This document shows, one piece after another, positions 1-9,094 of a stretch of 32,000 bases of DNA (positions within the stretch are counted from its first letter, which is position 1; each line of letters starts with the position of its first letter). The notes below the pieces were generated by a model that was not told where the DNA came from, ran no database searches, and worked only from the letters and a program-made list of their open reading frames with translations. The translations under genes and the position numbers were made by a program. Source of the stretch: Desulfocapsa sulfexigens DSM 10523 (GTDB lineage Bacteria > Desulfobacterota > Desulfobulbia > Desulfobulbales > Desulfocapsaceae); the NCBI RefSeq assembly GCF_000341395.1, contig NC_020304.1, positions 2,940,001 through 2,972,000 on the forward strand. The letters run 5' to 3'.

Positions 1-1187
1 GTCAGTTCCATAAGAGTCTTGATACCCATGATAACAACCAGAACACCAAGCCACTCTTTATAGGCAGTCATGGAGACATATTGGGTCACATATGTACCTA
101 ACCAGATGGAACCGATAAAAATACCTGCACCAAAAGAAAGACCAACCGGCCAGGCAACACGTTTCTCAACCACGGCAAAACGGTAAAAGGAACCAAGTGG
201 AGAGAACAGGGTAAGGGCGATATTTGATGGACGAAGAACGTTGGCAGCATTGATACCTACGGGACCAGCTGTCTGAACAAACAAAGCCTGGAAAGCACCC
301 ATCAACATACCACCGGCAGCACCGATCATTGAAAAATAGGTACCAACAAGAATAGCACCGATAACCACGACCAGAGGATTCATGTAACGATAGCCTTTCG
401 CAAGCCAGAAACCGTTCTTTTCTATGGTGTAAGATCCGCTTTTGGTGCCGTTTACATATACATCAAAACCGGTGTCAGGCGCGGTATGACGAAATGATTT
501 GAAAGAGGCTTTGAAATTTCCGGTGGCTTTGTCGAGATTTATGGATGTGCCCTTATCCCAGTAATTACCGCTTGAGGCATCGCCGATGACGGAGCGGGCA
601 AAAATGACAACTTTACCCTTTTTATTCCCTTCTTTAACAACGGTATCTATACCATATGAATTCTCGTGGCCCCACTTGAACATATTCCACTGTTCAGCGG
701 TTTTGATTGGACCAAGCATGTCTTTGGCGGCAACCTCATCAAAATTCTTTTTCAGCTTGAACATTGTGGTGTTGTAGAGTCCCTGGCCTTTTTTAAAGAG
801 AAAGGAGGGGCCACCAAATTTCTTATCAACATCACTACCAAAAGCTTCTCTGTTGGTTGTCAACATGTAGTAAAGAGGGGGAATCTCAGTATCCATTGTA
901 AAACCGGCCTTTTCACCATTCTGAGGCAGCTTCTTTTTTTCGTAGGTGCCGACGGATGATTGTCCGGCAAATTCTGTGACATTACCTTTGAACATTGCCT
1001 GCTGTGCAACAGCGATATAAAGGTCCTGGCCTGGCTCAATTTGTCCCTCTATGGTAATCGTGTCACCAGCCTTGTATTTATCTGCTGAGACTGTAGCACC
1101 GGCAAATGAACTGCTTTGCAAGGCTAAAAGCCAGATTGAAATCACCATCAAGGATATTGATAGTTGCTTGCATTTCATCATCTTCAT
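1..1187 (-). CDS. Partial membrane protein: signal peptide, ~270-aa periplasmic domain, then TauE/SafE-like transmembrane region. The 3' end runs off the window.
   Basis: It is absent from the ORF track because no stop lies in the window. The reverse strand reads from an ATG cluster at 1187/1181/1178, with AGGAG at 1191-1195, giving MKMMKCKQLSISLMVISIWLLALQSSSFA. A long soluble region follows, then hydrophobic helices containing IGAAGGMLMGAFQALF, which resembles the GxGGG motif of TauE/SafE anion exporters. Which ATG is used is uncertain. Confidence 0.55.
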   Translation of the reverse strand, partial: MKMMKCKQLSISLMVISIWLLALQSSSFAGATVSADKYKAGDTITIEGQIEPGQDLYIAVAQQAMFKGNVTEFAGQSSVGTYEKKKLPQNGEKAGFTMDTEIPPLYYMLTTNREAFGSDVDKKFGGPSFLFKKGQGLYNTTMFKLKKNFDEVAAKDMLGPIKTAEQWNMFKWGHENSYGIDTVVKEGNKKGKVVIFARSVIGDASSGNYWDKGTSINLDKATGNFKASFKSFRHTAPDTGFDVYVNGTKSGSYTIEKNGFWLAKGYRYMNPLVVVIGAILVGTYFSMIGAAGGMLMGAFQALFVQTAGPVGINAANVLRPSNIALTLFSPLGSFYRFAVVEKRVAWPVGLSFGAGIFIGSIWLGTYVTQYVSMTAYKEWLGVLVVIMGIKTLMEL

Positions 1188-1329
1188 ATCTCCTTTTTTT
1201 GATTAATATAACCAGAGTGAAGCCCTATCGTACGTAGCTTCTCTTGTGCTCCTTCTGTTAAAGATCCCTTTTAATTCCTGGTTTCTACCTCCTTTTTAAT
1301 AGTCGCTGTTATCAAGATGTGTGGAAAGC

Positions 1330-1695
1330 TCATCTGGCGAGGTTGAGTACCTTTTCCACCTTCTCTTCAAGTTCATCACGATCAATAGGTTTCACACAAT
1401 ATTCATCGGCGCCCAGGCTGATAGCCTCACGGGCGGTTTCTACGGTCGGATATCCGGTAAGCATGATCACCCGAATGGAAGGATCAATTTTTTTTAGAAT
1501 TGCCAGGACCTCAACTCCATTCATCTTTTTTAACTTTATATCGAGAATGGCCAGGTCGATTTTGTGCATTTCAGCATGGGTAATGGCATCCTCTTCTTCT
1601 GTGAAGGTGTGAACTGTATGTCCTTTTTTACGAAGAATTTTTCCTATGAGCACTGTTGCATCGCGGATATCATCAAGGGTTATGATCTCTGCCAT
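1330..1695 (-). CDS. Stand-alone response regulator receiver (CheY-like, no output domain)
   Basis: 121 aa with an acidic pocket (TLDD), phospho-acceptor context LAILDIKL, T in MLTGY and K in CVKP. It sits 13 nt downstream of the histidine kinase. Confidence 0.9.
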   Translation of the reverse strand: MAEIITLDDIRDATVLIGKILRKKGHTVHTFTEEEDAITHAEMHKIDLAILDIKLKKMNGVEVLAILKKIDPSIRVIMLTGYPTVETAREAISLGADEYCVKPIDRDELEEKVEKVLNLAR

Positions 1696-1708
1696 ATGTA
1701 CCTCTGAG

Positions 1709-3292
1709 TTACTGGTTCTTAGGTTTAAGGGTATCGCTATCCCTTTCGTCCGATATAGCTGGAAGGGTAACGTGAAAAGCTGTTCCGCCAGGGGATTTTC
1801 CGGTTTCGTTGTCAGTAACAGGAGACTCTATATCTATTCTTCCCTCGTGTTCCTGAATGATGCCGTAGGAGACTGAAAGACCAAGACCGGTACCTTTGCC
1901 AACGGGTTTGGTCGTGAAGAATGGGTCAAAAATAGAGGAAAGAATTTTTTCAGGTATACCGTGTCCGGTATCCATGACTGTTGCTATAACTTCTCTGCTG
2001 TCTTCACTGTTACGGGTCCTGATGTAGAGTTCACCACTCCCCTGGTCTTCCATTGCATGATGAGCATTATTGATAAAATTAATGAAAACCTGACGTAACT
2101 TTTCAGTGTCTCCGATGACACTGTTCAGGTTGGGGCTCAAATTTCTGTGGACCGTAATATGATCAATATTCAGTGAGTGTTCAGTTACGGCAAGTACATC
2201 GGTTACTATTTCATTGATGGAAATAATGTCCTTAGAGCTTTCTCCCTGTCTTGCAAATTTCAGAAGGTCGGCTACAATTTTCCGGCACGTTTTTGTTTGA
2301 CGTCCTATGACTTCCAGGCTTTCTCCTTCTTCGGTGTCTGGAGGAAAATCGTCCATCAGCAGTTGGGAATAGCCGAGTATGACGCCGAGAGGTGTGTTTA
2401 TTTCGTGGGCAACTCCCGCCGCCATCTGACCGATCGAAGCCATTTTTTCACTGGATGCCAGCTGGGCCATCATCGTCTTAACACGGGTAAGATCCTTGGC
2501 TATTCCTTCACAGCCAGTGAATTCACCGGCATCATTATGGATAGCGTTGGCAGAGAGAAGAACGTAGATGATACTGTCATCGGCTTTTTTGAATTCAACC
2601 TCAAGATCTTCGACAAAGCCACGAGTGAGAATTTCTTCAAAGTAGTTATCAAGATCGTCTTCATGAGAAAATATGTCCCATAGATTCAATGATGGCGGAT
2701 CATTGAATGGGTATCCAAGCATTTCAAGACCCGATGCATTCATATTGACCAGCCTGTTGTCTGAATCACAAAAATAAATCATGTCCTTTGAGTTGATGAA
2801 AAAGTTTCTGAATTTTTTCTCAGAGGCAGAGAGCTCTTTGGTACGGCTTTCGACCATTTCTTCAAGGTGACTATTCATCTCGTGGAGTTTCACTCCCGCC
2901 TGCTGAAGTTCACTATTGGCGGTTTTGAGACTTCTAGCCTTTTCCTCAATGGCACGATATCCTTCTATTCCTTTATGGTAATAGATGGTAACTGCCGCGA
3001 GAGAAGTCATAAGAAGTGTATTGAACCCTCCGGCCAGTGGAGCGAGAGTTCTCCACTGGTCATCGTTTCCGCTGATAAGTAAAACCTGTTTGACAAGATG
3101 TCCCATCGCTCTTGATACGGCAAATGCGGACAGTGTCATGCAGAAATAGAACAAGAACCCCCAGAGAAAGTTGTCCGGTTGTTCTTTTGTTAAAAGAAAA
3201 GCGTAGCGTAGGGAAAGAAATGAAAAAATAATTATGATAACGGAGCCGATCATGTCTGTGAAGTCGGCTGGAAACATGCTGAGACTACTCAT
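1709..3292 (-). CDS. Sensor histidine kinase (multi-TM N-terminus, coiled coil, PAS, HisKA, HATPase_c)
   Basis: H-box AHEINTPL, N-box [10 protein letters not shown]1 DTGHGI and G2 GTGLGLS. About four N-terminal hydrophobic helices have only short loops. A PAS-like segment lies between a coiled coil and the H-box. The start overlaps the upstream gene's stop (ATGA at 3289-3292). Confidence 0.92.
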   Translation of the reverse strand: MSSLSMFPADFTDMIGSVIIIIFSFLSLRYAFLLTKEQPDNFLWGFLFYFCMTLSAFAVSRAMGHLVKQVLLISGNDDQWRTLAPLAGGFNTLLMTSLAAVTIYYHKGIEGYRAIEEKARSLKTANSELQQAGVKLHEMNSHLEEMVESRTKELSASEKKFRNFFINSKDMIYFCDSDNRLVNMNASGLEMLGYPFNDPPSLNLWDIFSHEDDLDNYFEEILTRGFVEDLEVEFKKADDSIIYVLLSANAIHNDAGEFTGCEGIAKDLTRVKTMMAQLASSEKMASIGQMAAGVAHEINTPLGVILGYSQLLMDDFPPDTEEGESLEVIGRQTKTCRKIVADLLKFARQGESSKDIISINEIVTDVLAVTEHSLNIDHITVHRNLSPNLNSVIGDTEKLRQVFINFINNAHHAMEDQGSGELYIRTRNSEDSREVIATVMDTGHGIPEKILSSIFDPFFTTKPVGKGTGLGLSVSYGIIQEHEGRIDIESPVTDNETGKSPGGTAFHVTLPAISDERDSDTLKPKNQ

Positions 3293-3780
3293 GTCTTCAC
3301 CTTATCGCGGATTCCGAGGTAGAGAGAACGGAGACAGAGGTACAGACAGAACATCGCAGGAACGCTAAAAAGATGATCAAGTTTTGTGAAATAATATATC
3401 AGTTTCGTTGCGGTGATTGGGCCCGTAATTTTTGTAGACAAGTATCCGTTGTCTCGGGCAATGTCAGTTACCTCGATATGTTCGCTCATCCAGTGCCCGG
3501 TAAATGCAACGATATTCCAGAAAATCATGAAGATGCAGAACATCTGGAGGAAGCGCCATCCTTTGCTGGGAAATGAACTTCTGCGAATATCCCAGAAGAG
3601 GTAGCAGAGCGCGGCAAGAAAAAAGATGTGGGCCAGCTGATGCACATATATCCCTTCAGGGGCAGCATGGGATTGGAGTGCCTGGGCTTGATTCGGAAAA
3701 ATAAGAAATACTGTAAGGAGGAACAAACAGAATATCTTGTGTATTTTCCTGGAATGAATCATTTGACTCCTGTGCAACAA
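3289..3780 (-). CDS. Small integral membrane protein of unknown function, translationally coupled to the histidine kinase
   Basis: The track ORF begins at a TTG. The first ATG is at 3762 and is preceded by AGGAG (caggagtcaaATG), so 3289..3762 is the more likely CDS. It has a signal/anchor sequence and three further hydrophobic helices carrying His/Trp (HQLAHIFF, FTGHWMSEH). I recognise no family. Confidence 0.6.
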   Translation of the reverse strand: MLHRSQMIHSRKIHKIFCLFLLTVFLIFPNQAQALQSHAAPEGIYVHQLAHIFFLAALCYLFWDIRRSSFPSKGWRFLQMFCIFMIFWNIVAFTGHWMSEHIEVTDIARDNGYLSTKITGPITATKLIYYFTKLDHLFSVPAMFCLYLCLRSLYLGIRDKVKT

Positions 3781-3907
3781 TTTAGAGGCAGTATGGAGGA
3801 GCTGTTCTTGGCAGCAATGTCGTCTGGCCCATTGGCCAATACAGGATGAACAGTATTGTTTTCTGCAGCATCTATTTCAATTGCTGGCCCACATCTGTAG
3901 GAAGTGT

Positions 3908-3923
3908 TGCACATGTGATGCCA
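3908..3923 (-). promoter_or_regulatory. Candidate sigma-54 (-24/-12) promoter for the membrane protein-HK-RR operon
   Basis: The minus strand reads TGGCATCACATGTGCA. GG and GC have the canonical spacing of TGGCAC-N5-TTGCA, with three mismatches outside the GG/GC cores. It lies about 145 nt upstream of the ATG at 3762 in a 312-bp intergenic gap, directly downstream of an NtrC-type activator gene. Confidence 0.4.
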
Positions 3924-4042
3924 GAAATGAAATTCAATATGACAAAATAGAAATGAGCTGTTGTAACAGGGAATTGAGTTGGATTCGTTTTGGGAGTATT
4001 TGCCAGGGAAAAGCCGTTCGAAAGAGGAATGAGCGATTTTGG

Positions 4043-4079
4043 TGCAATATGAATGTTTCAGTGCAACAAATATATTGCA
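4043..4079. promoter_or_regulatory. Inverted repeat TGCAATAT-N21-ATATTGCA, a possible enhancer (UAS) for the sigma-54 promoter
   Basis: Perfect 8-bp arms at 4043-4050 and 4072-4079, with a third TGCAA between them. It is 120-170 bp upstream of the candidate -24/-12 element, a typical distance for EBP binding sites. Confidence 0.3.
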
Positions 4080-4092
4080 GGTGGTTAAGAAC

Positions 4093-5517
4093 TTACTTAT
4101 AGGTACTTGACTGGATAGCGTGTTTACGCATGAGGCGTTGAAATGCCTGACGTTCCATGCAACTGGCCCTGGCAGCAGCCGTGACGTTACCCTTACTGTT
4201 GTGCAGGCAGTTTTTTAGATAGGAAATTGTAAAATCTGAAATGATGGTCTGTTTTGCATCTTTATAGGGAAGGGAGTGAATATTTTGTGGAAGAGGAAGC
4301 TGGGAGGGATCATAGTTGCAGGTATTGTTACCATCGTCATTTTTTAAATCATGTACAGTCAGGATGTGGTCAGAAGCGAGCAGGACAGCTCTGTTGATAA
4401 TATTCTGAAATTCCCTGACATTTCCCTTCCATGGCTGTTGCATCATGCACTGCATGGCTTCTTTGCTGAAAGACAAATTTTCTCTTTCATACTCAATCGC
4501 ATACATCTTCAGAAAGTGCTGGGCCAGTAATGGGATGTCTTCCTTCATTTCACGTAAGGAGGGGAGTACAATGTTCATTACATTCAGTCTATAGTACAGA
4601 TCCTCTCTGAATTCTCCTTTCTCGATTTTTTCCTCAAGATTCTGATTCGTTGAAGCAAGAACCCGGACATCGACTTTGATGGTTTTGGTCTGGCCAAGAG
4701 GTTGGATCTCTTTTTCCTGAAGGACTCGGAGTAATTTTGTCTGGAGACTGACAGGAATATCGGCAATTTCATCGAGTAAGATAGTTGAGCCTTCGGCTTC
4801 AAGGAATAAACCATCTTTGTCGTTGTCTGCGCCGGTAAATGCACCTTTGCAGTAGCCAAAGAGTTCACTTTCCAGGATTTGCTCAGGAAGTGCAGGGCAA
4901 TTTACGGTGATCATCTTTCTGGCAGCACGCTTTGAGGAAAGGTGCACCGTACGTGCGGCGACTTCTTTACCTGTTCCAGATTCACCCCGAATAAGAAGTG
5001 TAGCATCGCTTTTCCCATAACGGATAAGCAGGTCAACCGCCTGTCGAAGGGGTTTTGACTTGCCAATAAATTGAGTTGAATTGCAATTATTAATGACCTG
5101 TTGCTGCAACCTTTGGTTTTCTTTCAGCAGTTTGGTGCGTTCCATGGCACGTTTGACAACTTGACTGATTTTGTCATTGTCAAAGGGTTTCTCGAAAAAG
5201 TCATAAGCTCCCTTTTTGAGTGCCTTGACGGCCATCTCAACGGTACCGTAGCCAGTCATGATAATAGTGGAAATAGTTGGGTCCGTAGTCTGTATAAATT
5301 CGAGAAGCTGCAGACCATCGGTTTCAGGCATAATAATATCAGTAAGGACGACGTCGGGCTTCCAGCCTTGTATCTGTGTCTGTGCCTCTGCGCCAGTATT
5401 GGCAAGTGATATGTCGCAGTCACATTTTTTAGCCAATACCTTTTTCAGGAGATTGAGAAGATCTCGTTCATCATCAACAATCAGAAGTCGCATCTTTTTC
5501 TCTGCTTCACCATTCAT
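4093..5517 (-). CDS. Sigma-54-dependent response regulator (NtrC family: REC + AAA+ + Fis-type HTH)
   Basis: REC domain (LLIVDDE, phospho-acceptor LTDIIMP), Walker A GESGTGKE, ESELFGY/GAFTGA loop, and a C-terminal HTH (GNVTAAARASCMERQAFQRLMRK). The alternative start M9 (MRLLIVDD) at 5493 is possible. Confidence 0.93.
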   Translation of the reverse strand: MNGEAEKKMRLLIVDDERDLLNLLKKVLAKKCDCDISLANTGAEAQTQIQGWKPDVVLTDIIMPETDGLQLLEFIQTTDPTISTIIMTGYGTVEMAVKALKKGAYDFFEKPFDNDKISQVVKRAMERTKLLKENQRLQQQVINNCNSTQFIGKSKPLRQAVDLLIRYGKSDATLLIRGESGTGKEVAARTVHLSSKRAARKMITVNCPALPEQILESELFGYCKGAFTGADNDKDGLFLEAEGSTILLDEIADIPVSLQTKLLRVLQEKEIQPLGQTKTIKVDVRVLASTNQNLEEKIEKGEFREDLYYRLNVMNIVLPSLREMKEDIPLLAQHFLKMYAIEYERENLSFSKEAMQCMMQQPWKGNVREFQNIINRAVLLASDHILTVHDLKNDDGNNTCNYDPSQLPLPQNIHSLPYKDAKQTIISDFTISYLKNCLHNSKGNVTAAARASCMERQAFQRLMRKHAIQSSTYK

Positions 5518-5520
5518 TGG

Positions 5521-6504
5521 CTATTTCTCTGCTACCTTGAGCATGGCCTGGAAGTAATGCTGAACAAAGCGACCGGATATGGTGTCGAGTATCGAGAAGG
5601 ATGGTATCTCCTCGGGCGGGAAGGACCCAGTCAAGGCAAAGAAGACATCTCGTGAAAGGGTGCTTATCATAGATGTTATTTTCTCAGTGTTTCTCTCATC
5701 TGTCAAGTTCCTGCAGTGAACAGGGCGTTCCCTGGCGATGAGAGAGCACGTTCCATTTTGTAGAAGAGGACAGGTGGTGAAAATTTTATCGTTGGTATAT
5801 TTTTGTGCCAGGGATGCAGCCTTATGGATAACGGCTTCACGAGCACTGCTTGTCAGTGAGAGGTTCATATTATGACTGACAAATACTGCTTCGATTAGTT
5901 GTAGTTCAAAGTATTCATGACAGCATGGTTCGTCTTTGATCCATTGCGCGTCTTCTTCATCACTCTGCCTGGCAAACTCTGAGACTATTGCCTGATATTC
6001 TACAAAAAAAGGAGTTAAATCTATGGTACTGTCGTGCTGTATACTGGCTTCACGGGCGATGAGCTTTCCCTGTTTCTTGCCGTACTTCTTGAGGAGCTTC
6101 CATTGACTGTAATTTGTTGGTGTGGCCCGCGTTGTTTGTAAGGTTTTCTCAGCAAGTTTCAAACCCAGACCACGCCTGAGCAGATAGGCCGAGACAAAAG
6201 TTCCTGTGCGACCAATACCATGACGGCAGTGAACCAGAACCTTTTTTTTTAGATAAATTGACTCATCAAACCAGTGCAGAGCTTTTTCCATTGCCTCCAT
6301 TTGGGGAGCACATTCGTCGTGGACAGGGAGGTAATATACCTCAAACCCTGCCTGCTCTTCAAGCTCGTGAAGGTCACTGAATTCAGCACAGAGATTGACA
6401 ATGGCATTGATTCCCTGTTCTTTTATGGAATCCAGTTCTTCATAGGACATAGGGGCATGTCCAACTGCCAGTTGATTTGTTATCCAGGTAAGTTCATAAG
6501 ACAT
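5521..6504 (-). CDS. Dual-specificity (Cys-based) phosphatase fused to a Cys-rich YkgJ/UPF0153-like domain
   Basis: The N-terminal ~150 aa carry the CX5R P-loop VHCRHGIGRTGT. The C-terminal ~170 aa contain CCHEY and CPLLQNGTCSLIARERPVHCRN, which resemble the putative Zn/Fe-chelating CxxCxxCC family. The stop is 3 nt from the EBP start. There is no Shine-Dalgarno sequence upstream; CTCCTCCT precedes the ATG. Confidence 0.8.
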   Translation of the reverse strand: MSYELTWITNQLAVGHAPMSYEELDSIKEQGINAIVNLCAEFSDLHELEEQAGFEVYYLPVHDECAPQMEAMEKALHWFDESIYLKKKVLVHCRHGIGRTGTFVSAYLLRRGLGLKLAEKTLQTTRATPTNYSQWKLLKKYGKKQGKLIAREASIQHDSTIDLTPFFVEYQAIVSEFARQSDEEDAQWIKDEPCCHEYFELQLIEAVFVSHNMNLSLTSSAREAVIHKAASLAQKYTNDKIFTTCPLLQNGTCSLIARERPVHCRNLTDERNTEKITSMISTLSRDVFFALTGSFPPEEIPSFSILDTISGRFVQHYFQAMLKVAEK

Positions 6505-6530
6505 AGGAGGAGCCCTGATGGTCTACTGAG

Positions 6531-8981
6531 TTACAGCACCCGAAAGAATTTATCGATTTGTTGTTCTACCATTTCAGTATCCTTGAGGCGCATATCCATC
6601 TGTTTGGTTACTCCCAGAAGCTTTCCCAAAGACTCTATGCGTTCCATAAGACTGTCAGCTGAAATACCGCTTATTCTGGCGTCGAGAAGATCTCCTTTGA
6701 TTGTAACATCAAAACCAAGGCGGCTAAGTACTTTGTCCAGAAAAAGGATTCGAAGCTCGCGTCCTTCAAATTCACCACCGCCTCCGGCAAAACGCAATGT
6801 GCAATAACTGGTGGTGGAATCTGGTTCACAAAGAGCATCGATAACAGTGAAATGATATCCAAAACGGATGTTCATATTCAAGTAATCTTTTCCAAGAACG
6901 GCATAACTTGCAGAATCGGAATTTGATTGAAAGGCAAAGGCATCACTCATTGCCATGCGGTCATATCCCTTCCAGTCATAATAGGTCTGTTCGCCCCAAC
7001 TGATATCAGAATGATTAAAACCACGCCATAACGCCTGAAAGGGAGATGAACGTATCAGGTCCACTGTTATTATCTGGAGTGCGGAGGCATGTTTATCAAG
7101 TCCTTCATCCACATCTACAATAAACACTTCGAAGGGAAGCTGGGTCTGAAGTTTCTTTTTCCCACCCTTGATGGTGCTGCAGCGATCCCCTATGGAAAAC
7201 ATGCTCTGGACCGCCATTTCATGGGAAAAACGGATAATGTCATGCAATGAGCGACAGGATTCCGGCGCAAAATCTTTTGACTGTGGATCGAGTAGCTTTA
7301 AAGGTGTTATAAAATCAAGGACAGTTCGCAGCTTACTGAAAAATGGGAGATCTTTATCTCTTTTATAAACAGGGGAAGGCTTTACTTTAGGAGAGTGTGC
7401 TCCTGAGTAGACCGTGCGTGTATCTGCCACAAGAGTGATAACCTCGCCATGTTGAATGCGGGAAATGTCTTTTCCAACGCCAAGGAGGAGTGGGACTCCA
7501 AACTCTCTGCAGACGGTGGCGAAATGCCCGGCAGCACTCCCGAGTTCAGCAATAACTCCATCGACCCGATGGAGAACTCGCACATAGCTTGGAAGGGTTT
7601 CATGGAGCACCAGAATGTGGCCCGGTTCTATTGTGTCCAGAGGATTTTCTGCATCAGGAACCCATGCCCTGGCAGAGGCAAATCCTGATGAGGCCATTAC
7701 ACCACCATGAAAGAGTAACGATTCTTTATTGATAGACAGCTCAGAAGGTATGTTGTTTTCAGATTTGTAAAGATGTAATTCCCGAGTTTGAAGGAAAACA
7801 AAGGTTCCATCACCTTGCAGTGCCCATTCGATATCCTGAGGCCTGTCGAAATGGCGTTCAATGCGAAGAGCCATTTTACCGAGATCCTCTATCTGGGTCG
7901 TGGTGAGGAGTTTTTGTTTTGAGCTCTGCGCAGCAACTGGCAGCGTTGAGTTTTTATCAACTGTAAAAACCTCGGGTATTACAGTACCGCTGACAACTGC
8001 ATCACCAAGGCCAGAGGTGGCGTGGATATACAGTTTGTCTTCTTGAGTTCCTGAGGGATTGATGGTGTAAACAACACCTGCCGTGACTGCATCAACCATG
8101 GTCAGTATCATGACCGCCATGGGAGTTTCTTCGTCGCTGAGGCCGCAGTTAATTCTGTAGGCAAGTGCCTCGGGGCTGTATTTACTGCAAAGTACATCAA
8201 GGTAGGCATCAAGGAGTTTGTCTGTTTCCACGTTGAGATAGCTGGAGTATTGGCCGGCAAATGAGCATTGCCCATCCTCGCTGAGAGCACTGCTTCGGAC
8301 AGCGAAGCGCATGTGTGAGCCTTTTTCGGTCTGAAGTCTTTTCCCGGCATATTTAAGAGCCTCGATGATTTCGGGGGGGATTTCTGCTCCCTTGATCAGG
8401 TCTATAATAGCAACAGAAATTTCAGACAAAAGCCGGGTGGATGTGATGTCTGTTTTAGCGAGTAATGCATTAATGGCCGGTCGCAGATCATTATATTCGA
8501 GAAGATAGGAAAAACAGTTTGTTGTGAGGACATATCCTGAAGGAATAACAAGGTTGAGTTGCTGGTGTAGCTCTGCCAGAGTACTGCTTTTTGCACCAGC
8601 AAGTTGTGTGGTGAGTGCCTCATCATGTAATGGAAGGATAAAAGGTTTGCCGAAATGTAACTCAGGGGGGGCGAAAAAAAAGCGACAATAAAAGTTAAAC
8701 TTATTGAAATAGGCGGGCAGGTCTATATAGGAACCGGGTGCCATACGTTGAAGGTTGATAACCATACCTTCAACGTTTTCAGCAAGGGATTCATATTTCA
8801 GGGAAATTTTACAAAAATCTTCTTTCTTTCCCTGGTAGTAGAGGCTTTCAAGGTCTGCCATGATTTCATGGCATTGACTGTCAAAGGCCAGCAAATTCTG
8901 GAAAGCCTCATAGGTTGTTCGCAACACAGCACCGGGTGCGAATACCCTGTATGTCCAATACTTGAAAAGATTGGTCAACAT
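6531..8981 (-). CDS. PEP-utilising-enzyme-family dikinase-like protein (ATP-grasp PPDK_N domain + swivel His domain + unrecognised N- and C-terminal domains)
   Basis: LAGAKSSTLAELHQQL...IPSGYVLTT, FAVRSSALSEDGQCSFAGQYSSYLNV and DIEWA match the nucleotide-binding domain of PEP synthase/PPDK. GSAAGHFATVCREFGVPLLLGV matches the mobile phospho-histidine domain, with the His retained. I do not recognise the last ~270 aa as the PEP/pyruvate TIM barrel. Confidence 0.8.
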   Translation of the reverse strand: MLTNLFKYWTYRVFAPGAVLRTTYEAFQNLLAFDSQCHEIMADLESLYYQGKKEDFCKISLKYESLAENVEGMVINLQRMAPGSYIDLPAYFNKFNFYCRFFFAPPELHFGKPFILPLHDEALTTQLAGAKSSTLAELHQQLNLVIPSGYVLTTNCFSYLLEYNDLRPAINALLAKTDITSTRLLSEISVAIIDLIKGAEIPPEIIEALKYAGKRLQTEKGSHMRFAVRSSALSEDGQCSFAGQYSSYLNVETDKLLDAYLDVLCSKYSPEALAYRINCGLSDEETPMAVMILTMVDAVTAGVVYTINPSGTQEDKLYIHATSGLGDAVVSGTVIPEVFTVDKNSTLPVAAQSSKQKLLTTTQIEDLGKMALRIERHFDRPQDIEWALQGDGTFVFLQTRELHLYKSENNIPSELSINKESLLFHGGVMASSGFASARAWVPDAENPLDTIEPGHILVLHETLPSYVRVLHRVDGVIAELGSAAGHFATVCREFGVPLLLGVGKDISRIQHGEVITLVADTRTVYSGAHSPKVKPSPVYKRDKDLPFFSKLRTVLDFITPLKLLDPQSKDFAPESCRSLHDIIRFSHEMAVQSMFSIGDRCSTIKGGKKKLQTQLPFEVFIVDVDEGLDKHASALQIITVDLIRSSPFQALWRGFNHSDISWGEQTYYDWKGYDRMAMSDAFAFQSNSDSASYAVLGKDYLNMNIRFGYHFTVIDALCEPDSTTSYCTLRFAGGGGEFEGRELRILFLDKVLSRLGFDVTIKGDLLDARISGISADSLMERIESLGKLLGVTKQMDMRLKDTEMVEQQIDKFFRVL

Positions 8982-9094
8982 TGCCTGAGAGGATTTTTGG
9001 ATAATGCCTCCTTTAATCAGCGATGAAAAGGATAAACTAATTACAGATCATAGAGTTGTAAAATCACTAATCCGGGTTCGTTTCAGGTAATACG

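Noticed and set aside
2177-2683. 168-aa plus-strand ORF inside the histidine kinase gene, together with the similar cases 6274-6807, 10998-11345, 28819-29346 and 30401-30943
   Set aside because: All overlap genes with strong catalytic motifs on the other strand or in another frame. None shows a motif or an RBS, so they are treated as shadow ORFs.
3881-4102. 73-aa Cys-rich plus-strand ORF in the EBP/HK intergenic region
   Set aside because: It overlaps the candidate sigma-54 promoter and enhancer and runs into the EBP stop. It has no RBS and its composition looks like non-coding sequence.
6505-6526. Plus-strand AGGAGG-N7-ATG GTC TAC TGA mini-ORF between the dikinase and phosphatase genes
   Set aside because: It has three codons, is antisense to an operon junction, and has no supporting context. 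It is most likely coincidence. It does show that the phosphatase gene lacks its own SD and is probably translationally coupled.
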